NCBI GenBank assembly: GCA_902762615.1
Contig: CACWOX010000002.1
Location: 92,163 to 156,162, forward strand
DNA: 64,000 nucleotides
Source of the DNA: an uncultured Ruminococcus sp.
GTDB lineage: Bacteria > Bacillota > Clostridia > Oscillospirales > Acutalibacteraceae
Direction of reading: 5' to 3'
The position numbers were made by a program, and so were the translations under genes. How positions within the stretch are numbered: the stretch's first letter is position 1; the number at the start of each line of letters is the position of its first letter. The notes beneath the pieces were generated by a model that was not told the DNA's origin, ran no database searches, and saw only the letters and a program-made list of their open reading frames with translations. Shown piece after piece: positions 37,462-46,506 of this stretch.

Positions 37462-37493
37462 TGTTTCACATGAAACAATATTTTATTGAAACA
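37462..37493. promoter_or_regulatory. Cluster of three TGAAACA/TGTTTCA motifs in the spoIIIAA / rluA-like divergent region
   Basis: TGTTTCA-ca-TGAAACA (7-bp inverted repeat) plus a third direct TGAAACA 9 nt further on. Confidence 0.3.
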
Positions 37494-37601
37494 AAATATA
37501 AGAAACTTCTAATGATAATATTCTCAATCATTGATGTAACACTATATTCATATTTATATGCTAAAATAAATGCAAATTCATAAATAAATGAGGTATTCTC
37601 C

Positions 37602-38567
37602 TTGAAGCAGATCGTTATAAAAAAAAATGACGCCGGACAGCGTCTGAATAAATTTATAGAAAAGTCATTTCCTGCAATTCCCGCATCACTTATGTACAAA
37701 AGCATACGCACAAAAAACATTAAAATCAATCGAAAACGCTGTACACCCGATCAAAACCTCTGTGAAGGTGATTTGGTTGACATATGGCTCAAAGACGAAT
37801 TTTTTGTTCAACCTCCCCACAAATACGAATTTACGAACGCTTCTGACAAGCTCAATGTAGTATATGAGGACGAAAATATTCTTATTGTCAACAAGCCGCA
37901 GGGACTTATTGTTCACCCAGATGAAAAATATGAGCCGGATACCCTTATATTTCGGATACAGAAATATTTATTCCAAAAGAGTGAATATAATCCTGATAAG
38001 GAGAACTCCTTTACACCAGCCTTGGTCAATAGAATCGATCGAAATACCGCCGGACTGGTGATTGCCGCCAAAAATTCCGCGTCCCTTCGCATACTCAACG
38101 CCAAAATGAAGTCGAGAGAGATACACAAAAAGTACCTCTGCATTGTCTGCGGACGACCGCAGCCTGCCGAGGCAACGCTTGAGGGCTATCTCGAAAAGAA
38201 CGAACAGCAGAACCGCGTCTATATTGAAAAAAAACGGTCGGAAAACGGCAAGACTATTCGCACGCATTACAAGGTGCTTGACACGATCAACGATTTCAGC
38301 CTGGTTGAGGTTGACCTGCTCACCGGAAGAACACATCAGATACGCGCTCACATGGCTTCAATAGGTCATCCGCTGCTGGGCGACGGCAAATACGGCACAA
38401 ACAAGGTCAATCGCGCGGCAGGCTATTACAAACAGGCTCTTTGCTCTTACAAGCTGACCTTTGATTTTATAACAGATGCCGAGGATCTGAATTATTTAAA
38501 AGGCAAGAGCTTTGAAATTGAAGATATTCCATTCCTAAATGATTTTTATGCGGGTAAAATAGGATAA
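37602..38567 (+). CDS. RluA family 23S rRNA/tRNA pseudouridine synthase (S4 domain plus catalytic domain)
   Basis: N-terminal S4-like region, catalytic LVNRIDRNTAGLV and HQIRAHMASIGHPLLGDGKYG. TTG start follows TGAGGT. Confidence 0.9.
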   Translation: MKQIVIKKNDAGQRLNKFIEKSFPAIPASLMYKSIRTKNIKINRKRCTPDQNLCEGDLVDIWLKDEFFVQPPHKYEFTNASDKLNVVYEDENILIVNKPQGLIVHPDEKYEPDTLIFRIQKYLFQKSEYNPDKENSFTPALVNRIDRNTAGLVIAAKNSASLRILNAKMKSREIHKKYLCIVCGRPQPAEATLEGYLEKNEQQNRVYIEKKRSENGKTIRTHYKVLDTINDFSLVEVDLLTGRTHQIRAHMASIGHPLLGDGKYGTNKVNRAAGYYKQALCSYKLTFDFITDAEDLNYLKGKSFEIEDIPFLNDFYAGKIG

Positions 38568-38584
38568 TTTTTATTATCGTAACG

Positions 38585-38620
38585 AAAAAACACGTTCCAA
38601 TTGATCGGAACGTGTTTTTT
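38585..38620. terminator. Bidirectional rho-independent terminator
   Basis: AAAAAACACGTTCC, 8-nt loop, GGAACGTGTTTTTT. Confidence 0.85.
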
Positions 38621-38656
38621 ATGTCTCGTTTATCTGTAAAGTTAATTTAATTTACA

Positions 38657-40411
38657 TCATTTGCTTGCCAGTCTTTCGGCAAGTTCTTCCTCGGGATGGA
38701 CATAAAGCGTACTCTGATGGGTGTATATCACCATCCCCGGCTTTGCTCCGCGCGGCTTGCTGACATATTTGATCAGGGTATAATCTACTGCCACCAGTCC
38801 CGACTGCCGAGCACCGCTATGATAGGCAGCCAGCTGTGCGGCTTGTTCTATCGTGCGGTTGGGCGGCTGCTGTCCATCGCACACAATCACGGTATGAGAG
38901 CCCGGCACATTCAGCGTGTGAAGCCAGATATCGTAATTCCTGCTCTCCTTGAGCGTCAGGCGGTCGTTCTGCTGATTGTTCCTGCCGACGAGAATGGTGA
39001 ATCCGTCATCCGAAACAAATTTCAGAGGCGGCAGTTTGGGCGGCTGCTTACCGGCGGCTGCCTTGCGTCGCTTGATGATTCCCTCCTCCGTCAGCTCCTG
39101 CCTGATTTCGCCAAGTTCCCTCTCACTCTCTGCCCGTGAAAGAAGATCGAGCACCGAATCTATATATGCCAGCTCTGCCCTGCCTTGCTCGATCAATCCG
39201 GTGAGATGCTGCTCGGCGGCTTGCAGCTTGCGGTATTCCTTATAGTATTTCTGGGCGTTCTGTGCGGGAGTGAGCAGCGGATCGAGCTTGATTTTGACTA
39301 TGGAGCAATCCTCTGAATAGTAATCAACCACCTCCGCCAGAATATCTCCTTTTTGCAGCATATGAAGATTTGCGTTGATCAGATCGCCGTTTCTGCAATA
39401 CTGTTCGCGTTCGGCGCACTTCTTTAGCTCGGCTTGCTGAATATCCAGCTTCTTGGCAATTCGTGCCGAGGAGTTTGCCAGCAGCTTGAGAATATCCTGC
39501 GATTTGGATTTCATGCGGTCGGTGAGATCCCGCCTGAAATAGAATTCATCGAGCATGGAAGAATAGTCGCGGCAGGTTGAGGAAATTGCTGAAGCGCCGT
39601 ATTGCTGAGGATAAATAAATGTAAAGTCACTTGACTTGCCATTAATTGTTATCAGATTAGGCTCACCGCTGCCAGACAGAATTTCTTTGAGCTTGGCAAT
39701 ATTATATTTCAGCTTTTCGACCTGTGATTCGGTCATTTCATCAACAATAAAATCTGTAAATCCCGTGCTTCGATAAGCTATTTCTCTCGCCACAACAGGC
39801 GAAATGCCCTGAATTACGCTCATCAGCGCCTTGTCAAGTCTTTGTCCTTTACAAGATATAATATGTTGTAAAGCTGTTTCTGCTTCACATTCTGCAATAT
39901 TAATCTTATCCTGCGCGGGCGGAAGTTCATATTTTAAGCCAGGCAATATCATTCTCATGGAGCTTAACTCGCTGTCAATTCTCTTTACAGAGTCGATCAC
40001 TAGCCCACGCTCGTCTATCAATATTATATTGGAGTGCCTGCCCATGATCTCGACTGCAAGAGTCAGGATAATCTCATCGCCTAATTCATTGTGTGCGTCA
40101 AATTTCAGCAGAAGCACTCGCTCAAGTCCCGCCTGTTCAATTGACGAAAGGCGTGCGCCGCACAGCCGCTTGCGCAGCAGCATGCAGAGCATAGGGGGCT
40201 GTGCCGGATTTTCAACCGCGTGCTCGGTGAAATGTATTCTCGCTGAATTTGCCGCGGCTGAGATAAGCAGCTTGCGGTTCATGTTTTTGCCGCGCATTGC
40301 CAAAATCAGCATTTCACGTGAAGGCTGGAATACCTTATCCACCTTCGCTCCCAATATGCCGTCCTCAAGCTCCTTTTTTATCAAATGAAGCATTGCTCCG
40401 TCCAGAGCCAT
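38657..40411 (-). CDS. rqcH: Ribosome quality control protein RqcH (NFACT / FbpA family)
   Basis: 584 aa. NFACT-N region MALDGAMLHLIKKELE ... GRHSNIILID, a central coiled coil, and a C-terminal NFACT-R/DUF814 region (DIWLHTLNVPGSHTVI). Confidence 0.85.
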   Translation of the reverse strand: MALDGAMLHLIKKELEDGILGAKVDKVFQPSREMLILAMRGKNMNRKLLISAAANSARIHFTEHAVENPAQPPMLCMLLRKRLCGARLSSIEQAGLERVLLLKFDAHNELGDEIILTLAVEIMGRHSNIILIDERGLVIDSVKRIDSELSSMRMILPGLKYELPPAQDKINIAECEAETALQHIISCKGQRLDKALMSVIQGISPVVAREIAYRSTGFTDFIVDEMTESQVEKLKYNIAKLKEILSGSGEPNLITINGKSSDFTFIYPQQYGASAISSTCRDYSSMLDEFYFRRDLTDRMKSKSQDILKLLANSSARIAKKLDIQQAELKKCAEREQYCRNGDLINANLHMLQKGDILAEVVDYYSEDCSIVKIKLDPLLTPAQNAQKYYKEYRKLQAAEQHLTGLIEQGRAELAYIDSVLDLLSRAESERELGEIRQELTEEGIIKRRKAAAGKQPPKLPPLKFVSDDGFTILVGRNNQQNDRLTLKESRNYDIWLHTLNVPGSHTVIVCDGQQPPNRTIEQAAQLAAYHSGARQSGLVAVDYTLIKYVSKPRGAKPGMVIYTHQSTLYVHPEEELAERLASK

Positions 40412-40442
40412 TGGTTTATCATCTCCGTTATTAATATATATA

Positions 40443-41234
40443 TTATTCCGTAAAGCTCACAGGGTCGTCAACCCTTGTCACTATAATCTCGACGCCGTTC
40501 AGTCCGCTTTTCAAGGTATCGGCAAGCGCTTCCAGCGCAACATTTTCCGTTGCGTAATGTCCGGCGGCTATCAGGGTTATCCCGTTGTCCTTCGCGAATA
40601 TCATCTCGTGATGCTTGGCTTCTCCGGTGACAAATGCGTCGATGCCGTTTTCCATACATTCAAAAACAAATTCGCCGCAGGCGCCGCCGCCAACGGCAAC
40701 TCTGCTGATGGGCTTGCCGCCTTCGACATACTCCATTGCATTCCTGCCGCGCAGACATTTTCCCGTAAAAGCGGCAAACTCCGCAGGTGTCATTTCATGT
40801 GGAAGATTACCCATTCTGCCGATGTAATTCTCCCGCAGGGTGCCTTTCACTGATTTCTCCGACACTTTGAAAACCGAGGTGATATTCTGTAAAGCAAGTC
40901 TGCTTGCCAGTGTATCATTGACGCCTCCCTTTGCTATATCGAAATTGGTGTGCGCCGATATCGCAGATATCCCCGACCTTAGCATCCTTTGCAGAGGCGA
41001 ATGATACACTATGCTTCGTATGGGTCTGAAAATGACGGGATGATGCGATACGATCAGCTGTGCGCCAATGGAAGCGGCATAATCAACCACCGCGTTGGTT
41101 ATGTCAAGGGAAACCACTATCTTGTCAATTGCTGCTCCGCAGTCCGCCATTATCCCGCTGTTGTCATAATCTTCCTGAATACAGTAGGGATAATTTTCAT
41201 CAAGCAGACTGTATACTTCTTTAACCGTTGTCAT
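40443..41234 (-). CDS. Nif3-like dinuclear metal centre protein
   Basis: LIVSHHPVIF, ISAHTNFD and AAGHYATE motifs. It forms the conserved pair with trmK. Confidence 0.9.
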   Translation of the reverse strand: MTTVKEVYSLLDENYPYCIQEDYDNSGIMADCGAAIDKIVVSLDITNAVVDYAASIGAQLIVSHHPVIFRPIRSIVYHSPLQRMLRSGISAISAHTNFDIAKGGVNDTLASRLALQNITSVFKVSEKSVKGTLRENYIGRMGNLPHEMTPAEFAAFTGKCLRGRNAMEYVEGGKPISRVAVGGGACGEFVFECMENGIDAFVTGEAKHHEMIFAKDNGITLIAAGHYATENVALEALADTLKSGLNGVEIIVTRVDDPVSFTE

Positions 41235-41928
41235 CTTTCTTTCCTCCGTCTGCGTCGCGCTCTAATTGTTGCGCAAGCTCTATAAAATGCGCCTGCCCTG
41301 AAATGTCGCCTTTGGCAGCGCAGCCTTCGGCAACAGATCGAAGAATCCTGACTTGTTTTTTTAACAATGTCGCGGCGTTCGGGTCTGAGCTGTCCAGCTT
41401 TCCGGAATAAATGCTGCAATCATCGTAATCCAAAGACTCACCGGAATATTCGGCACAGATCACAGTGTAAACCCTTTCAGCTTCACTGATTGCTTTTTCC
41501 GCAATGATGTCAAATCCATTTTTATAAAGGTGCTCCCTCAGCCGTGACGCCCGTGACATCGGCTGTAAAATCAACCTGTATCTGCGGTTTTTCAGCCATT
41601 CAGCGCCGCTTAGTATGGCTGAAATATTATCGCCGCCCATTCCCGCAATTATGATATCATCTACTTTTTCTTGAGGTGTTTTTTCGAGCCCGCTTGCTGT
41701 AAAGGTTTTTATCTTTTCACTTAATCCGTAGTAATTGATGTTTTTTACAGCCGATCTGATCGGTTCCTCATTAATATCGGATGCATATGCCGCCGGAACC
41801 TTGCCGCTCAGCACGAGCCATATTGGCAGATAGGCATGATCTGTACCGATATCGGCAGGAACTTTTCCCTCTCTCACAAATCCTGCGCAGGCTTCAAGCC
41901 TTGCTCCAAGCTCTAATATTTTTTCCAT
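41221..41928 (-). CDS. trmK: tRNA (adenine22-N1)-methyltransferase TrmK
   Basis: ADIGTDHAYLPIWL and IIIAGMGG motifs. Its 3' end overlaps the nif3 start. Confidence 0.85.
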   Translation of the reverse strand: MEKILELGARLEACAGFVREGKVPADIGTDHAYLPIWLVLSGKVPAAYASDINEEPIRSAVKNINYYGLSEKIKTFTASGLEKTPQEKVDDIIIAGMGGDNISAILSGAEWLKNRRYRLILQPMSRASRLREHLYKNGFDIIAEKAISEAERVYTVICAEYSGESLDYDDCSIYSGKLDSSDPNAATLLKKQVRILRSVAEGCAAKGDISGQAHFIELAQQLERDADGGKKDDNG

Positions 41929-41950
41929 CTAATCAGCTCCCAAATGAATA

Positions 41951-41994
41951 CAAAAACAAAGGTCTGTCACAACAATCAGTGCAGCGACAGACCT
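41951..41994 (-). terminator. Rho-independent terminator after the DUF1858 gene
   Basis: Minus strand: 9-bp stem AGGTCTGTC / GACAGACCT followed by TTGTTTTTG. Confidence 0.7.
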
Positions 41995-42032
41995 TGATTT
42001 CATTCATACGTGACCGCGTCAATAAATAATTA

Positions 42033-42233
42033 TTATTTGCCCTGAATATGCTGGTTGAGCTTGCTTACCAGAGCATCCGCGTCCACACCGTGTACCATGC
42101 ATGCCTGCTCGATGGTTTCGCCTCTTGAAGCAGGGCAGCCAAGACAGTGCATTCCCATCTCCAAAAAGAAGGGAGCAGTAGAAGGATCTGTGTCAAGTAT
42201 ATCGCCTATGATCGTGTTTTTAGTAATCTCCAT
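42033..42233 (-). CDS. DUF1858 domain protein (hybrid-cluster-protein-associated redox disulfide type)
   Basis: 66 aa; TIGDILDTDPSTAPFFLEMGMHCLGCPASRGETIEQAC. Confidence 0.8.
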   Translation of the reverse strand: MEITKNTIIGDILDTDPSTAPFFLEMGMHCLGCPASRGETIEQACMVHGVDADALVSKLNQHIQGK

Positions 42234-42340
42234 TTGTCTTTACCTCCATTTTTTTACTACATTGATTATATAATCATTATTGTCAATTGTCAATATTTTA
42301 TCAAATTAATTTTTTGTATCATTTATTATTTACTTTTTTA

Positions 42341-42369
42341 TTGATTTGATTATTATATTGTGCTATAAT
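42341..42369 (+). promoter_or_regulatory. Sigma-A-type promoter for the LRR lipoprotein genes
   Basis: TTGATT, 17-nt spacer, TGcTATAAT. Confidence 0.6.
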
Positions 42370-42411
42370 ACCTAACATGTTAATATTCTATTTCATTTTG
42401 GAGAGATTATT

Positions 42412-43728
42412 ATGATTGCAAACAAAACCAAGCATTCTTTTTTTTATTTTTTATTTTCTTTGACGTCTGTTATTATCATGTTACTTTTAACAGGATGCTT
42501 TGATGTAAAAATAAACGGGGAATCCTATTCAAGAGATATCGTTTCCTTTACTGTAACAGATAAGATCGAAGATTATTCCGTTTTTAATAAATTTAAACAG
42601 CTCAAAACGCTTGATCTGACAGCTGTCGATCTTTCCCTATCAGAATATGACAATATTTCAGCTCAGCTCGAGAACCAGGTTGATATTCTTTGGAATGTTC
42701 CTGTAGGAAATGAGAAAGTCTCTAACAAGGTTGCCGAGCTGGAAATTACACCTGAGTTAAATATAACGGATGTTTCTTTCTTCAATTATCTTCCCAATCT
42801 GAATAGCCTGACTATTTCGTCTATCAAGTCCTCCCCATTTCTTCACGATATTGTAAACGCAGCCAAAGCAGTGAATCCTGATATTGCCATTAAATGCAGC
42901 ACAAGCGTTTACGGGGTCGATATTGATAATGATACCGAGTTTCTGGATTTAAATACTATTCCGATAGATGATCTTACGGAATTAGACGTTGCATTAGGTA
43001 TTTTCCCAAACATTAAGACGGTTGAAATATGTTCCTGCACACTGGACAATGAAACAATAGCAGCATTAAGGGATAAATATCCGGATAAAAAAATCGTATG
43101 GCTCATAAAAGTATCCCGATTCTCTATTCGCACTGACGCACAGGTTTTTTCCACTTTAGGCAAAATGAAATACTATGATTTCACTTCTGAAGTCGCTTCG
43201 CCTATATTTAAATACTGTACGGAATTAAGAGCACTTGATCTCGGTCACAACAATCTCACCGATATCAGTGAGATAACAAATTTGAAGCACCTTCATACGC
43301 TTATTCTCGCAGACAATGCTATTAGCGACATTTCGCCGTTGGCAGAATTAAAAGATTTGAATTATATCGAGCTTCAGGCGAACAAAATTAAGGATGCTGC
43401 CCCGCTTGGCGAGCTTCCTTTACTGGAGGACTTGTATATCGTAAAAAACAGCAAAATTCAAAATATTGTTTCTGTAGGTAAATGCACCAAAATACACAAG
43501 TTATACATATCCAGCTGCGGCATTACCGGAAATGAAATCTGGGAACTGAAAAAGGTGATTCCTAAAGACTGTGAATTCCGTTACGGTCAGCATTATTACT
43601 GGAGAGGCGATGAGAAAAACACATATATCCGCAGAGCATTTTCAAACTGGAAAAAGGTAAAAGAATTTCCTGAATGGAAAAATATTGTTTTTTCCGATAC
43701 GGATCTTTATGCTTTTATGCAAAAGTGA
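42412..43728 (+). CDS. Leucine-rich-repeat lipoprotein, paralogue 1
   Basis: Signal peptide with lipobox LLTGC. Internalin-type 22-residue LRRs (LRALDLGHNNLTDISEITNLKHLHTLILADNAISDISPLAELKDLNYIEL). Confidence 0.8.
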   Translation: MIANKTKHSFFYFLFSLTSVIIMLLLTGCFDVKINGESYSRDIVSFTVTDKIEDYSVFNKFKQLKTLDLTAVDLSLSEYDNISAQLENQVDILWNVPVGNEKVSNKVAELEITPELNITDVSFFNYLPNLNSLTISSIKSSPFLHDIVNAAKAVNPDIAIKCSTSVYGVDIDNDTEFLDLNTIPIDDLTELDVALGIFPNIKTVEICSCTLDNETIAALRDKYPDKKIVWLIKVSRFSIRTDAQVFSTLGKMKYYDFTSEVASPIFKYCTELRALDLGHNNLTDISEITNLKHLHTLILADNAISDISPLAELKDLNYIELQANKIKDAAPLGELPLLEDLYIVKNSKIQNIVSVGKCTKIHKLYISSCGITGNEIWELKKVIPKDCEFRYGQHYYWRGDEKNTYIRRAFSNWKKVKEFPEWKNIVFSDTDLYAFMQK

Positions 43729-43778
43729 TTTTTCTCAGTATCACATGTCATTTAGTTAATTAAGGAGCATTTGAGATT

Positions 43779-45098
43779 ATGCACATGGTCAAAAAAATTA
43801 AAACCACTTTAATTTTTGCATCAATTTCGTTATTTATTATTGTTTGTTTATCAGGTTGTTCTGTTTTTGAAGGTCCCAAAGCGGAAATATCCGGAACGGA
43901 ATATCTTGTTCGATCAAAAGAACTGATTATAGAAAAACTCGACTCAGATGATTACTCAGTATTTAATCAATTTGAAAAATTGGAAGTACTTGATGTGACA
44001 GCAGTTGATTTATCCGTTGAAGACTATGAACGCCTCTCCAGCCAAGTCAGTGAAAAAGTAAAAATAATCTGGTCGGTTCCCATCAACGGTAAAAAGGTGA
44101 AAAGCAATGCATCGGACGTTGAGCTTTCCGGAGAGCTGACAGATAATGAGATAAGTGCCATATCCTACTTTACTAATATCAACAAGCTGACTGTAAAAGA
44201 CACCAAAATAGGTAACTCACTTAAAGAAGCAATAAATGCTGCTAAGGAAAATAATCCTGAAGTCGAAATTAACTGCATTGTGGATATTTACGGAGTCGAA
44301 TATGACAGCTCCTCCGATATTCTTATTTTAAACGATAAGAAAATAAAATCATTAGGCAATGTGCATCTTGCGATAGAACTCTTTCCAGGCATCAAGACCA
44401 TAGAAATGTGTAACTGCGGTGTAAGCAATCAAAAAATGCAGGAGCTGCGTGATACATACCCCAATATCAAATTTGTCTGGACAGTAAAAGTATTGAGTTA
44501 CCAATTGCGCACTGATATTCAGGTTTTTTCAACCCTGGCATCGGATTTCAGCCGTCCCGGAAACAGCAAGAATTTATCCCCACTGTTTAAATACTGCACC
44601 GAACTTCGAGCGCTTGATCTTGGGCATATGGCAATCACCGATCTGAGCGAAATGAGGAATCTAAAGAAACTGCACACACTCATTCTTGCTGACAATCGCG
44701 TTTCCGACGTAAGTCCTCTTGCCGATCTTAAAGAATTGGTTTATATTGAGATTTTCTTCAATAGATTGACCGATGTTTCTCCTTTTTTGGAGCTTCCAAA
44801 ACTTGAAGATCTTAATATCTGCTACAATAAAGGAGTTAAGAATCCTACTGTGCTTACACAGTGTAAAAACATTAAAAAACTTTATATGTCGCACTGCGGT
44901 CTCGATGACAATGAGATAGCCATTCTCAAAAAGGGACTTCCCGAAGACTGTGATTTTAATTATACCTGTGAGAACAGCGTTTACAACGGCGGATGGCGAA
45001 CAACTAAAAATGCACGAAACACTAAAATCCGTGAAGCATTCAAAAACTGGAAAAAAGTCAAGGAGTACCCGACTTGGGACAACATTATTTATAAATAA
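43779..45098 (+). CDS. Leucine-rich-repeat lipoprotein, paralogue 2
   Basis: Lipobox LSGC. It is collinear with paralogues 1 and 3. SD is AAGGAG. Confidence 0.8.
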   Translation: MHMVKKIKTTLIFASISLFIIVCLSGCSVFEGPKAEISGTEYLVRSKELIIEKLDSDDYSVFNQFEKLEVLDVTAVDLSVEDYERLSSQVSEKVKIIWSVPINGKKVKSNASDVELSGELTDNEISAISYFTNINKLTVKDTKIGNSLKEAINAAKENNPEVEINCIVDIYGVEYDSSSDILILNDKKIKSLGNVHLAIELFPGIKTIEMCNCGVSNQKMQELRDTYPNIKFVWTVKVLSYQLRTDIQVFSTLASDFSRPGNSKNLSPLFKYCTELRALDLGHMAITDLSEMRNLKKLHTLILADNRVSDVSPLADLKELVYIEIFFNRLTDVSPFLELPKLEDLNICYNKGVKNPTVLTQCKNIKKLYMSHCGLDDNEIAILKKGLPEDCDFNYTCENSVYNGGWRTTKNARNTKIREAFKNWKKVKEYPTWDNIIYK

Positions 45099-45118
45099 CA
45101 GTAAGAGGAGCATATCAA

Positions 45119-46435
45119 ATGCGGTATTGTTATAACTTAAAAAAAATATCATTGATCGCGGCAGCTGCAATACTACTGCTTGCCTTAATAGCAGGGTGCA
45201 AAAAAAACTTTGATTCTTCTGTCACAATATCCGGTATCAGCTATCCGGCTGACACAAAGGTCGTCACTCTGACTGATTATCCGTCCGATGACTACACTGC
45301 CTTTGCTAAGCTGGAAAGTCTAAATACCCTTGATGTTACCGCTTTGAATATTTCGGCAGAGAATGTCGAAAGCATACGCTCGCAGGTGGGAGATAACGTC
45401 GATGTAATATGGTCTGTCCCTTTCAACGGAAGCAAAATTCCAAGCAACGCCCCAGAGCTTACACTGAGCGGAGACATTTCAAAGGAAGATGCCTCCGCTG
45501 TAAAATATTTCAACAGTCTTAAATCACTTCAGATCACCACCTCTGAGGTCAATGACAACCTGTGTTCATTGATTGATGCCGCGACTGAGAACAACTCCGA
45601 ATTAAATGTCAACTGCTCAGCCAAAATATATGGGGCAGATGTTGACAGCAGCATGGAATTGCTTGACCTGAACAATATTCCGATTGAATCGCCTGATCTG
45701 CTTTGTCTGGCAATCGAGATTTTCCCCAACATCAAGACGATTGAAATGTGCGACTGCGGTCTGAGTAATGAAGTCATGCAGGGCTTACGTGAGGAATATC
45801 CTGAAATCAAATTTGTTTGGACCATAAGCTTTTTGAATTTCAAAATAAGAACCGATGTTCAGGTTTTTTCCACCCTTGCCAAAAAGCTTGATAAACCGGG
45901 CAACACCAAAACCTTTGAACCTATTTTCAAATACTGCACAGAGCTAAGAGCACTTGACCTCGGTCATATGGCGATCACCGATATAAGCGAAATCAGAAAT
46001 CTCAAAAAACTGCACACGCTTATTCTTGCAGACAATTATATTTCTGATATTTCCCCTATCGCTGAGCTGAAAGATCTGGTGTATGTGGAGCTTTTTCAAA
46101 ACAAAATAAGCGATATTTCTCCGCTGTTAGAACTGCCGAATTTGGAGGATCTGAATATGTGCTACAATGCCAAGGTAAAGGATCCTGTTGCTCTTACCAG
46201 TAAAACCAAGCTCAAAAGGCTGTATATGTCATTTTGCGGTCTGGAGAGAAGTGACATTTTACAGCTGAAGGAAGGTCTTCCTGCCGACTGTGAATTCAAT
46301 TACACTGCCAGAAACTGCGTTTACGACGGATGGCGTTCTCCTGATAACGTAAGAAACGCTAAGATTCGTGAGGCGTTCAAAAACTGGAAAAAGATCAAGG
46401 AATATCCCACATGGGACAATATAGTTTATAAATAA
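45119..46435 (+). CDS. Leucine-rich-repeat lipoprotein, paralogue 3
   Basis: Lipobox IAGC. It is closest to paralogue 2 (for example GHMAITDISEIRNLKKLHTLILADN, KEYPTWDNIVYK). SD is AAGAGGAG. Confidence 0.8.
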   Translation: MRYCYNLKKISLIAAAAILLLALIAGCKKNFDSSVTISGISYPADTKVVTLTDYPSDDYTAFAKLESLNTLDVTALNISAENVESIRSQVGDNVDVIWSVPFNGSKIPSNAPELTLSGDISKEDASAVKYFNSLKSLQITTSEVNDNLCSLIDAATENNSELNVNCSAKIYGADVDSSMELLDLNNIPIESPDLLCLAIEIFPNIKTIEMCDCGLSNEVMQGLREEYPEIKFVWTISFLNFKIRTDVQVFSTLAKKLDKPGNTKTFEPIFKYCTELRALDLGHMAITDISEIRNLKKLHTLILADNYISDISPIAELKDLVYVELFQNKISDISPLLELPNLEDLNMCYNAKVKDPVALTSKTKLKRLYMSFCGLERSDILQLKEGLPADCEFNYTARNCVYDGWRSPDNVRNAKIREAFKNWKKIKEYPTWDNIVYK

Positions 46436-46443
46436 AAGTACTG

Positions 46444-46477
46444 GGCAGACAGATTTTTTAGAATATATCTGTCTGCC
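46444..46477 (+). terminator. Terminator hairpin after the LRR block
   Basis: 11-bp stem GGCAGACAGAT / ATCTGTCTGCC. The downstream U-tract is weak (GCTTTCTGTT). Confidence 0.6.
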
Positions 46478-46506
46478 GCTTTCTGTTATGAGAGGTGCAA
46501 ATCATT

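Larger units (their letters stand above)
42412..46435 (+). repeat. Tandem triplication of a gene unit of about 1.3 kb (LRR lipoproteins)
   Basis: Three collinear paralogous ORFs of about 438 aa, separated by 50 and 20 nt. Confidence 0.85.

Noticed and set aside
42412-46435. LRR proteins as substrates of the sortase B encoded at 20694..21635.
   Set aside because: Their C-termini (…WKNIVFSDTDLYAFMQK, …WDNIIYK, …WDNIVYK) have no sorting motif, hydrophobic stretch or basic tail. Their N-terminal lipoboxes indicate lipid anchoring instead.
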